NCBI GenBank assembly: GCA_963737265.1
Contig: CAVTRY010000013.1
Location: 192,001-256,000, forward strand
Direction of reading: 5' to 3'
Origin: an uncultured delta proteobacterium
Lineage (GTDB): Bacteria > Myxococcota_A > Polyangia > Fen-1088
DNA length: 64,000 bases
The position numbers and the translations under genes are program-made. This document shows positions 19,357 through 28,426 of this stretch, piece after piece. The notes under the pieces were generated by a model, which saw only the letters and a list, made by a program, of their open reading frames with translations, did not search any database and was not told where the DNA came from. Each line of letters starts with the position of its first letter. Position 1 is the stretch's first letter.

Positions 19357-19773
19357 ATGGGAAAGAAGGACAAGACTACTGCCGCGCTCCTGGCGATACT
19401 TCTTGGAGGGCTTGGGATTCACAAGTTCTATCTGGGACGCACTCTGCTCGGCGTGGTGTACTTGGTTTTCTGCTGGACATTCATCCCCGCAGTCATCGGA
19501 CTCATTGAGGGAATCATTTTGCTCAGCATGAGCAAGAAGAACTTCGACCTTGACTACAATCCACTCTCAGTTGCCGAGCTCCGGCAATTGGCGATGGCCC
19601 AGGCGGCTTCCGCTCCCCAGCACCTCCCGAACTCCGGGTATTCGTTCACCAACCCGGCGATGGGGCGCATCGAGAAGCTCCAGGCACTTCAAGCACTGAG
19701 AGCGTCGGGAGCTCTTTCAGATGTGGAATTCGAGACCGAGAAGAAAAGGCTGTTGGCTTCTGAGGGGCCATAG
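19357..19773 (+). CDS. TM2-domain (NinE-like) membrane protein with SHOCT domain, cassette 2
   Basis: KDKTTAALLAILLGGLGIHKFYLG (TM2) and LRASGALSDVEFETEKKRLL (SHOCT). Confidence 0.9.
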   Translation: MGKKDKTTAALLAILLGGLGIHKFYLGRTLLGVVYLVFCWTFIPAVIGLIEGIILLSMSKKNFDLDYNPLSVAELRQLAMAQAASAPQHLPNSGYSFTNPAMGRIEKLQALQALRASGALSDVEFETEKKRLLASEGP

Positions 19774-19790
19774 GCGGCTGTGTTTCCGCC

Positions 19791-19864
19791 GCCTAACAAG
19801 TAGGCGTTGAACCCGACCGTCGGCCGCAGACGGCCGCCGGCGGGTTAACGCCAAGGCGTTAGGC
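19791..19864 (+). mobile_element. attC site 2
   Basis: GCCTAAC...GGCGTTGAACCCG...CGGGTTAACGCC...GTTAGGC. Confidence 0.9.
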
Positions 19865-19874
19865 GGACAGGTTC

Positions 19875-20180
19875 TCAGTGATGAATCTTGGGTCCGCGAC
19901 GTCGACGCGCACCCCACAGCGCTCGGACAAGAACCTCGCCGTGATCGAACGTGTAGTACAGGTGGCAGTCGATCTTTTCGAGATATACGCGACGGAGTCC
20001 AGGTGTTCTCGACTGGCCGTACTTCGATCCAGCAGCAGGAAGGATCTCCAGGATTTGTAGCGCGTGTTCAATCTCGTCTGCAAAAATCGCCTTCTCATCG
20101 CGGTTGGCGAGCCACCATTCCTTCTCCCGCTGGGCGTGGCGCTGGGCGGTCGCGGTGAAGCGAATACGACGTCGGTTCAC
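19875..20180 (-). CDS. RelE/ParE-family toxin (cassette 3, inverted)
   Basis: IRFTATAQRH...LEILPAAG...GLRRVYL...HLYY...VRALWGARR. Overlaps the antitoxin stop. Confidence 0.8.
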   Translation of the reverse strand: MNRRRIRFTATAQRHAQREKEWWLANRDEKAIFADEIEHALQILEILPAAGSKYGQSRTPGLRRVYLEKIDCHLYYTFDHGEVLVRALWGARRRRGPKIHH

Positions 20181-20401
20181 AACGAGCGTAGATCGCTGAG
20201 CACTTCTTCCGCGTCCACGAGCCGACCAGCAGCTACGTCGAGATCCGAATCGCGAAGCGCTGCGTGAAGCGCGGCGCGGTCGGCACCGTCCAGCCAGTCA
20301 GCCGATACCAACGGCAGCAGTTCGACCTCGGTACCGTCGGGCAGATCGCTCGGCTCATCGAACACCAAACGTCCAGATCGGACCTTCGCCTTTAATGTCA
20401 T
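20177..20401 (-). CDS. Antitoxin partner of the RelE/ParE toxin
   Basis: 74 aa acidic protein (KAKVRSGRLVFDEPSDLPDGTEVEL...AAGRLVDAEEVL) with a 4-bp overlap to the toxin. Confidence 0.75.
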   Translation of the reverse strand: MTLKAKVRSGRLVFDEPSDLPDGTEVELLPLVSADWLDGADRAALHAALRDSDLDVAAGRLVDAEEVLSDLRSL

Positions 20402-20427
20402 GAATCAACGGTAGCACTCGGCATGCC

Positions 20428-20585
20428 GCCTAACAAGTAGGTGTTGAAGCGCTCGATCGGCCGCAGACGGCCGCCCGCAGCTTAACGGCAAGGCATTGCC
20501 GACGAGCGGTGATCGCGGCATGAGTTCCAGTCGCATGCTATCTTCCAGGCATGGGTTCCCCCAGCCTGAAGCAGAAGCGTTCGGC
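20428..20585 (+). mobile_element. attC site 3, degenerate or composite
   Basis: GCCTAAC...CTTAACGGCAAGGC-ATTGCC has a damaged R'. A second right half ...CTGAAGCAGAAGC-GTTCGGC follows at 20579-20585. Confidence 0.7.
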
Positions 20586-20648
20586 GGACGGGATCCCCAA
20601 CGAACGCGTCGTTGCTCTTTTCGAGTGGATCCGGTACTCATCGAACTG

Positions 20649-21389
20649 ATGAGTAGCAGCGAGAAGAGCATTGCGGCCTATGAGAACGAGGCAAGGGTTG
20701 CGTCGTACGACGCAGACATGGAAATCATGCACCCTAATCGCCATCGCATGGCCGAGATCATTGTCGAGGTTCTGAGTGCCTCAGCACGCGAGCCGAAGCT
20801 TGTTGTCGACCTTGGCACCGGAACCGGATTTCTTCTTGAAGGACTGCTCTCGCGATTTCCCGAGCTTCGAGCCATAGCTGTGGACGGAGCCCAGTCGATG
20901 ACCGCTCTGGCCCAGGCTCGGTTGAAGGAGGCCGCAACGCGGGTGGATTTTCGTGTGTGCGACTTTCGTTGCCTTGCTGACGTCTGCTCCGATTTCCGGT
21001 CTGTGGATGCTGTGGTCTCGACATTTGCTCTGCACCATTTGACTGCTGAAGAAAAAGGCACGCTGGCGCGACATGCGTTTTCGATGCTTGCACCTGGCGG
21101 GTGGTTCCTGTGCGGTGACCTCGTGCTCAGCCGCGATCAGCATCTCGAGGCACTGATTCAGCGCATGCGGGTGCGTGGAATAGTTGCCCGCGCTGCCGGG
21201 AAGGATCCGCGCTTTGGCGACGAAATGAAGACGCGCGCTTCTCTTGATCGGATTGAGGAGGAGGATAATGATCAGCCTCAAGATCTCGCGAGTGATTTTT
21301 CGGGAATCAAGGCGGCGGGGTTCCAGCACATCACAGTGCTGTGGCAAGAAACGCGCGAAGTTGTCTTTGGAGGAATGAAATGCGCGTGA
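20649..21389 (+). CDS. Class I SAM-dependent methyltransferase (CmoA-like), cassette 4
   Basis: VVDLGTGTG, DAVVSTFALHHL, LAPGGWF. Bounded by GTTCGGCGG and CCGCCGAAC. Confidence 0.85.
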   Translation: MSSSEKSIAAYENEARVASYDADMEIMHPNRHRMAEIIVEVLSASAREPKLVVDLGTGTGFLLEGLLSRFPELRAIAVDGAQSMTALAQARLKEAATRVDFRVCDFRCLADVCSDFRSVDAVVSTFALHHLTAEEKGTLARHAFSMLAPGGWFLCGDLVLSRDQHLEALIQRMRVRGIVARAAGKDPRFGDEMKTRASLDRIEEEDNDQPQDLASDFSGIKAAGFQHITVLWQETREVVFGGMKCA

Positions 21390-21428
21390 TTGATCTGTAT
21401 GGTTCGTCAGATCCTGCTGGAGTCCGCC

Positions 21429-21486
21429 GCCGAACAAGCCGTTGAAGCTGTCGATCGGCCGCGGACGGCCGCCCACCGCTTAACGG
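21429..21486 (+). mobile_element. attC site 4, interrupted after the L' box
   Basis: GCCGAAC-AAGCCGTTGAAGC...GCTTAACGG, then intron sequence instead of CAAGGCGTT. Confidence 0.85.
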
Positions 21487-21835
21487 GTGCGCCCAGCATG
21501 GGCGTCGTCTTGGGGGTGCAAGTCCCCCGAAAGGAGACCATCCCAATTGAAGCGAACTGCAACTGCGAAAGGGCGACCAATCGTGGGGAGGAAGCCGGGA
21601 GCGAAACCGCGGGCCGATGAACAAAAACCGGATAGAAGGCGGCGCCGAGCGGGGCGAGAAGTCAGCAGAGGTCGTAGTAGCGAAGTCGAAGCCGGCGCGG
21701 CAATTCACCGACACCGGAAGTCTTTGGCGATGCGAAGGACCGAACGAGAAGGAGAGCGAAACGAACATGCATCTCGTGGGCAAACGGCCTCAGATGACCA
21801 GGCAACTGGAGCTGCCGCTAGACGCGCGGGGAGCC
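21487..21835 (+). mobile_element. Group II intron, class C, 5' fragment (no RT ORF or domain V/VI)
   Basis: Starts GTGCGCCCAGCATGGGCG. Contains IIC-like AACTGCGAAAGGGCGACC...GGAAGCCGGGAGCGAAACC and AAGTCAGCAGAGG. Ends in an IEP-leader-like MHLVGKRPQMTRQLELPL. The 3' boundary is approximate. Confidence 0.8.
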
Positions 21836-21901
21836 GGCGAGCAAAGCTTGCCGCGAGCCATCGCGGGAAGGGGAAGGTATGGAAACCCGTCCAGGGAATG
21901 T

Positions 21902-23820
21902 CTACAGCCCGAGCTCGGCCAGTGAAATGGGCGGCAGGTATTCACCGACGCGCTTGCGTTTCCACCAGGCGCCGGTCGCGCGCCGCTCAGCGGATTCGGT
22001 GAAGTCGTAGCGGTAGGTCTCGGCGCGGAGGTATCGCGGTGGATGTTCCGGAAATGGATTTCTTGCCAGCAATCCGAGAACTTCCGGCGACCCTTGCAAT
22101 AGGCGAATGCAGAAATTCACGAACCACCGGTTGTTGCGATAGCTGCCGAGCGCCGCGAACCACATTTGCCAATCGAGCCGCGGCTGATGGGGCGCCACCC
22201 ATCCCGGCCGCCGATTCATGTCGCCCGGCTTGTATTTGAATTCGTAGGCAAGCCAGCTCACGCGGTCGTCGCTGCCCTCGACGATGATCTCTCGCCGTTC
22301 GGTGGTCATCACGGCGAACAGGCCATAGCCGCTGACGGTGCGAAACGGCAGCAGCCAGTCGTCGGCGACCTCCAGCGGCGAAAGCCAGCGCGAATCGGCG
22401 CCGAGGCTTTGGCTGATGTGCAAACATGAGATGGGCACGAAGACGACCGCCACGCATAGAGTCGCGGCGCGATGCCACCGACGTGTGTTGGCGGAAGGTA
22501 GCTGGCCAGGTGGCTGGCCGGTGCCGCCGAGAAAACCCGACAGCCGGCGCGGCAGGAGTCTTCGCAGAGCAAAATCATCGAGCAGTAACAGGCAAAGCGC
22601 CAGGGTGAGCAGATTGAAATAGGTGTAGTTGCCGGTGAGGAGAATCAGAAGCTGTAGTCCAACCAGCAGGAAGCAACCGAGCAGCCGGGGCCGGCGGGGC
22701 GCGAAGATGAGAAACGGCACACCCAGCTCGACCGCGAACATGAACGCGCAGCTCGTCTTGTGCCACCACAGCGGCCATTGATTCGCATACCAGGCGAGCC
22801 ACGTCGGCAGCGGCTGGGTTTGATAGTGGAATGAAAGCGCGGTGAGGTTGCGCCAGTTGGGGTCGCCACTCGACAGCTTCACGCAGCCCGAGGAGAATAT
22901 CAATTTGAACAAGAGCAGCCGCAACAACCACAGCGCGAGCCGCGATGGCGGCGTGGTCCGGGAGGATCCTGGCCACAGCTGCCAGGGTGCGAAGAAGATA
23001 GCGAGAAACCCTGTTTCGAGCAGCAAGTTGTCCCACTGGAACCCGAGAAACTCGCGCCCGACGACCGCCAGCGACAGATAGAGCATCCAAAGCAGGACGA
23101 GGCACGGCACGGGCGCAACGCCCACAATCAGGGCAATGGCCAATACCATACCGCACCCGCTGCACATTGCAAATGGAGAAAGGCGTCGGATGAATTGACC
23201 CAGCTCAAAGTCGGTAACAGACGAAAGCGTTCCAAGCCGATCCCTTGCAGGTCGTACTCCTTCGCAACGGCCGCGATGAACCGGTCGACGGGCAGGATGC
23301 CGTCGTGACCCATGAGGCCGCCGACCTGAGTCCACAGCGAAAGGAATGCTAGGAGGTAAATCGCGCCCAACACGCGCAGGAAAAGCCATCGCGCAAGGAT
23401 CTGCGTCGGCTGCTCCACATGTCGGCCCCAAAGCCAGCGCGTCAGCGACGAAAAGAACCCGCGATGGCTCGCGACCACTCGGTACGCCACTTCGGCTGTT
23501 CTCGCGAAGGTCGGCGAGACTTGGTAAGCACGCAGTGGCCAGCGACGGTGGGGCGCGTAGGCCGTCGCGCGGAACACCGCTTCGGCGCCGGAGTAAACCC
23601 AGCCGTCGGCTTCGATAAGCTGCACGGCGATGTCGAATTGCTCGCGGGGAATTTCGGGAAATTGCGTGTGAATGCGCGGATCCTGCGCGGGCAGATAGTC
23701 CACTGCGGCGCCAGTCATTTGCTGCCAGCGCCGAATCCACAACGAACAGAAATCGCAGTCGCCGTCGTACACCATCAGGGGCTTGACGGGCGGCGAGGCG
23801 ACGCGAACACCGCAAGACAT
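21902..23820 (-). pseudogene. DCC1/DUF393 - lipase maturation factor (LMF) fusion, frameshifted
   Basis: YDGDCDFC (DCC). LMF motifs FQWDNLLLETGFL, HYQTQPLP, PHQPRLDWQMWF. Frame break at a 5-bp tandem duplication ATACCATACC (23143-23152). Confidence 0.85.
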
Positions 23821-23893
23821 GCCTGGAGGCCTAATCAGGCAGTGGACGAAATGCAATCACACAGCCGGATCGCGAGAGCGGCGATTCCATCCC

Positions 23894-25198
23894 TTACTTA
23901 CCCGGAAACGTCCCCGCGGCTCTGCGGAGGGTGAGGTCGGCCACGGCGACGTCGAAGTGAGCTTGGGCGAGCGTCTCCTTGGCCGCGACCAGGCCATCCT
24001 GCGCCTGCAGCAGATCAAGCTGGGCGATATTGCCGGCCTCGTATTGCGTGCGAACGAGATCCAGCGTTTCAACCGCAAGTAGCACGGAGCGCTCGGCCGC
24101 TTCCTGTGCATGTCGCTTGGTCTCGAGCTGACCGTGGTTGTTGGCCAGATCGTCGCGGATGGTGTCGCGCAAGACGTCCGCCCGGGCGTCCGCTTCGCGC
24201 GCCTGGGCGTCGGCAAGGTGGCGCTGGGCATCCCGCACGCCGCCGTCGTAAAGCAGCCAATCGAGCTGCAGGCCGATGGCCCAGGCGTGGCGTTGAATGG
24301 CGAAGTTGTCATAATTAAAGATTCGGGCGCTGCCGAAGGCCGACAAACTCGGCGCCCAGCGCCAGGCCTGCGCGTGTCGCTGGGCCACAGCCGATCGAGA
24401 AACGAGCTCGATCGAGCGGAACTCGGGGCGCAGCTGCAAGGCCGTGCTCAGCTCAGGTATCTCTTTGTCTGAAGGCGGCGTCGCCATCAGCGGCTGCACC
24501 TTGAAACTACCCTCATACTGAATGAGCGTGGACAAGGCGCGATAGGCCTGCTCTTGCCCGAATCGCGCCTCGCGCGCGGCTTGTTCGGCGCGCACCAGCG
24601 CCAGCTCGGCCCGATCCACGTCGACCTTGGTCACGGTACCGGCGGCCAGACGAGTCCGTGCGTTGGTCAGCGTCGCGCGCGCGACGTCAACGTTCGACAG
24701 GCGCGCCGCCATCACCTCGTCCGCGATTGCCGCTGCGTAGAACGCCTGCGCCACCGCGAAAAGAACTGTGGCTTGCGACGTCTCGAAGTCCGCTTCCGAT
24801 GCATGAACGCTGGTCTGCACGGCGTTCACGGCCGGGTACGCCGCCGGCACGATGAGCGGCGCCGTGAAACTTATCGCACCGTCCAGTTGGTTCTTGGGTT
24901 GAATGGTCAGGACCTGTGTCTGGCTAATCGGAAACTCGAACGCGATGTTGTTGCGCGTGTACTTGCCCTGCGCCGCCACCGTCGGAAACAGCGCGGTCCA
25001 AGCCAATTCGAGATTGGCCTGCGCCTGCGCCAGATGGGCGCGCTCGGCGATCAGGGTGCGATTCACTTTGCGGGCCATGGCCAGCGCCTGGTCCAGCGAT
25101 AGCTCGCGCACGGGTTGCTGTGCCTGCGCGGCGAAACCGCCCAAGGCGATCGTGAAGAACACGCTGACGGCGGCGATCCTTGCGCGGGCCAGGCTCAC
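23894..25198 (-). CDS. TolC-family outer-membrane efflux protein
   Basis: LSLDQALAMA, two OEP repeats, LDLLQAQ. Coupled to the RND genes. Confidence 0.9.
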   Translation of the reverse strand: MSLARARIAAVSVFFTIALGGFAAQAQQPVRELSLDQALAMARKVNRTLIAERAHLAQAQANLELAWTALFPTVAAQGKYTRNNIAFEFPISQTQVLTIQPKNQLDGAISFTAPLIVPAAYPAVNAVQTSVHASEADFETSQATVLFAVAQAFYAAAIADEVMAARLSNVDVARATLTNARTRLAAGTVTKVDVDRAELALVRAEQAAREARFGQEQAYRALSTLIQYEGSFKVQPLMATPPSDKEIPELSTALQLRPEFRSIELVSRSAVAQRHAQAWRWAPSLSAFGSARIFNYDNFAIQRHAWAIGLQLDWLLYDGGVRDAQRHLADAQAREADARADVLRDTIRDDLANNHGQLETKRHAQEAAERSVLLAVETLDLVRTQYEAGNIAQLDLLQAQDGLVAAKETLAQAHFDVAVADLTLRRAAGTFPGK

Positions 25199-28100
25199 GA
25201 CGCTGCCTCCACGGGCGTGCGATGGCGGCGGATGTCGCCCGCAGCTCGGCTTGCCGCCTCGGCGCCGGTCTCGGCTTGCGCCAGGGCCGGCATGATTTCA
25301 TCGGCTCCCGTTTCCGACGCCGGCCGCGGCTTGAGCTTGAAAACGTGCCGCAACTTCCCCGCCGCATCGTCGAACAGCGAGTAGGCAACCGGCGTGGCCA
25401 GCAAGGTGAGCAAGAGCGACAGGATCTGCCCGCCCACCACCGGCCCCGCGGTAGCGCGGTTGAACTCGGCGCCGATCCCCTTCGAAATCACCAGCGGCAA
25501 CATGCCGGCCACGAAAGCCAGCGTCGTCATCAAGATGGGTCGCAGACGATCCTTGTTTCCCTGCAGAATGGCCTCGAAGCGCGGCATTCCCTCGGCGCGC
25601 AGTTGGTTGATGTGATCGATTTGAAGGATGGCGTTCTTTTTCACCACCCCGAACAGCACTAGGATTCCCAGCATGGTGAAGATGTTGAGCTCTTGGCGCA
25701 GCAGCAGCAGGGACATGAGCGCGAAGGGAACGGTGAGCGGCAGCGCGAGGAGGATGGTGACCGGGTGGAGCCACGATTCGAACTGCGCGGCCAAAATCAG
25801 GTACATGAAGACGAAGGCCAGCGCAAAGGCGATGCCGAAGTTGCGCGCGGTCCGCCCAATTTCCTTCGACTGCCCGAGCGGCACGAAGCCATATTCGGCG
25901 GGCAGGTGCATGTCTTTCACCGCCTTTTCGAACGCCGTGCCCACTTCGCCGCCGCCCACGCCGGGCGCGGTGTTGGCGTAGAAGGTGACCTGGCGCTGGC
26001 GCGCGTAGCGATTGACTTGCGACGGACCCTCGGCGCGCCTCAGGCTGACCACATCGAGCAATGGCACCGTGCCGAGCTTGCTGGACGGCACGCTCAGCAG
26101 TGCCAGCGCCTCGGTGCTGGTGCGGTAGCTGTCGTCGGCGCGCACCAGGATGTCGTATTCGTTGCCTTGCTCCTCGTAGCGCGACACCTTCACGCCGCCG
26201 ACGAGAAGCTGCGCCGCCTGCGCGACGTCCGCCACATTCACGCCAAGGTCGGCGGCCTTGCGCCTGTTCACCGTGGCCTCCACCTCCGGGTTGCCGGTGA
26301 CCAGGGAAGTATCGACGTCGACGGTGCCGGGGATCGCCCTGAGCTTCTTGGTCGCTTCGGAAGCGTAGGCAGTCAGCTTCTCCAGATCCGGCCCGGTCAT
26401 GATGTACTGAACCGTCGCCGCGCTGAAGCCGCCGCCCGTGAAGGCGGACACTGCCAGCACCTGGATGCGGTAGTCCTTGGGTTGCTGGGGAACGATCTCG
26501 CGTCGGACTTTGTCTTGCAGCTCGTCCTGCGAAAGCTTGCGCTGATCGGGCGGCACCAGGCGCACGAAGACCTTCGCCAAGTTGGGCGTCTTCTCGGCGT
26601 TGTCGCCGATGGTGAGAACGGTGGCCGTCACCTCGGGCCAGGTGCGCACGTCGCGGGCGATGCGCTCGACGGCCAGGTTGGTGGCAGCCAGACTCGTGCC
26701 TTCCGGCGTGCGCACCGTGATCTCGAACTGCGCCTCGTCGTTCTTGGGCAAAAAGCCCTTGGGCACGGCCTTCATAAGCGGGATGCAGGAGCCAAGCGTC
26801 GCGCCGGCCGCGACCACGACCACCCAGCGGTGGTTCATCACCCACGCCAAGAGCCGCATGTACGCCGCTTCGATGGGCCGGTAGAAGACGTCCACCACGC
26901 GTTCAAGAAAGTACTTCTTGCGCTGGCCCGCCGGCAGCGGATCCATGCGTAGCCAGCGCGAGGCCAACATCGGGGTCAGGCTGAAGCTGACGAACAGCGA
27001 GATGGCGATGGCCGCCGCCATCGTGAGGCCGAAACTCTTCAAGAATCGCCCGGGAATGCCGCCCATGAAAGCCACCGGCATGAACACCGCCAGCAGCGAC
27101 AGGGTGGTCGCCAGCACCGCCAGGCCGATCTCTCGCGTGGCATAGATCGCCGCCGGCATGGGCCGCACCTTCTTCTCGTCGATGAAGCGGAAGATGTTTT
27201 CCAGCACCACGATGGCGTCGTCGATGACGATGCCGACCGCCAGCGCGAGCGCCAGCAAGGTGATGGTGTTCATGGTGAAGCCCATCATCCACATCGCCAT
27301 GAAGGTACCGATGATCGACGTGGGAATGGCCAGTGCCGCGATGAGCGTGCTGCGCACGTTGCCGAGAAACAGCAGCACGACCAAGGCGGCGAGGAACGCG
27401 CCCAACACCAGGTGCTCGCGCACGGCCCCGACGCTGGTGCGCGTGGTTTCGGTGTTGTCGCGAATGACTTGCAGGTGGTAGCCCGAGGGAAGCGTCTTCT
27501 GCACATCGACGAGGCGGTCGCGCAGGGCATCGACCACGGCCACGCTGTTTTCGCCCGATTGCTTGCGAATCGACAGCAGCACCGCCTGCTTCCCGTCGAG
27601 CAGCGCCGAGCTCTCTGCCTCCTCCTCGCCGTCGACGACGCGCGCCAGATCGCGCACCAAAATGGGGTGCCCCTCGGCCTGCCGGACCACGATGTCGTTC
27701 ACCGCGTCCACGCTGCTGACCCGCCCGCGCACGCGAAAAACCAACCGCCGTGGTCCGGTATCGATGGCGCCGCCGGGAGCCGTCACGTTCTGGGCTACGA
27801 TGGCGCGCTGGACGTCGCTGGCGGTCAGTCCCGCCGAGCGCAGCTTGCTTGGATCCAAGTAAACTTGAATCTGGCGCTTGCGGCCGCCGACGATGGTCAC
27901 CTGGCCGACGCCCGAAACGTTCTCGAGCGCTTGACGAATCTTCTTGTCGGCAAGCTCGGTGATCTCGCGTATGGGACGCGTCGACTCGACGGCGACGAAC
28001 AGCACTGGAGCCGCGTCGGGGTCTAGCTTGCTCACCACGGGCGTGTCCGTTCCCTGCGGCAGGTCGGCCAGAATCGTCGCCAAGTGATCGCGCACTTCTT

Positions 28101-28419
28101 GGGCGGCGACATCCACGTTCTTGTCGAGCAGGAAGGTGATGAAGACTTGCGAGACGCCTTCGGTGGACGTCGATCGCAATTCGTCGATCCCGCTTAGGGT
28201 GTTGACCGCTTCCTCGATTCGGTCGGTTAGCTCGGTTTCGATCTCCTCGGGCGCGGCGCCGCGAAGCGTCGTGACGACCGATACCACGGGCAAATCCACG
28301 TTGGGGAAGCGGTCGACGTTGAGCTTGCCGTAGCCGACCAGGCCGACCACCAGCACGCACAAAATGAGAACGGTTGCAAAGATCGGACGCCTGACGCTGA
28401 CGCTGGCCAACCACTGCAT
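25195..28419 (-). CDS. RND efflux permease (AcrB/MdtC-like)
   Basis: SVRRPI, GIVIDDAIVVLENI, VKKNAILQID, RLRPILMTT. Confidence 0.95.
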   Translation of the reverse strand: MQWLASVSVRRPIFATVLILCVLVVGLVGYGKLNVDRFPNVDLPVVSVVTTLRGAAPEEIETELTDRIEEAVNTLSGIDELRSTSTEGVSQVFITFLLDKNVDVAAQEVRDHLATILADLPQGTDTPVVSKLDPDAAPVLFVAVESTRPIREITELADKKIRQALENVSGVGQVTIVGGRKRQIQVYLDPSKLRSAGLTASDVQRAIVAQNVTAPGGAIDTGPRRLVFRVRGRVSSVDAVNDIVVRQAEGHPILVRDLARVVDGEEEAESSALLDGKQAVLLSIRKQSGENSVAVVDALRDRLVDVQKTLPSGYHLQVIRDNTETTRTSVGAVREHLVLGAFLAALVVLLFLGNVRSTLIAALAIPTSIIGTFMAMWMMGFTMNTITLLALALAVGIVIDDAIVVLENIFRFIDEKKVRPMPAAIYATREIGLAVLATTLSLLAVFMPVAFMGGIPGRFLKSFGLTMAAAIAISLFVSFSLTPMLASRWLRMDPLPAGQRKKYFLERVVDVFYRPIEAAYMRLLAWVMNHRWVVVVAAGATLGSCIPLMKAVPKGFLPKNDEAQFEITVRTPEGTSLAATNLAVERIARDVRTWPEVTATVLTIGDNAEKTPNLAKVFVRLVPPDQRKLSQDELQDKVRREIVPQQPKDYRIQVLAVSAFTGGGFSAATVQYIMTGPDLEKLTAYASEATKKLRAIPGTVDVDTSLVTGNPEVEATVNRRKAADLGVNVADVAQAAQLLVGGVKVSRYEEQGNEYDILVRADDSYRTSTEALALLSVPSSKLGTVPLLDVVSLRRAEGPSQVNRYARQRQVTFYANTAPGVGGGEVGTAFEKAVKDMHLPAEYGFVPLGQSKEIGRTARNFGIAFALAFVFMYLILAAQFESWLHPVTILLALPLTVPFALMSLLLLRQELNIFTMLGILVLFGVVKKNAILQIDHINQLRAEGMPRFEAILQGNKDRLRPILMTTLAFVAGMLPLVISKGIGAEFNRATAGPVVGGQILSLLLTLLATPVAYSLFDDAAGKLRHVFKLKPRPASETGADEIMPALAQAETGAEAASRAAGDIRRHRTPVEAAS

Positions 28420-28426
28420 GGCAGTC

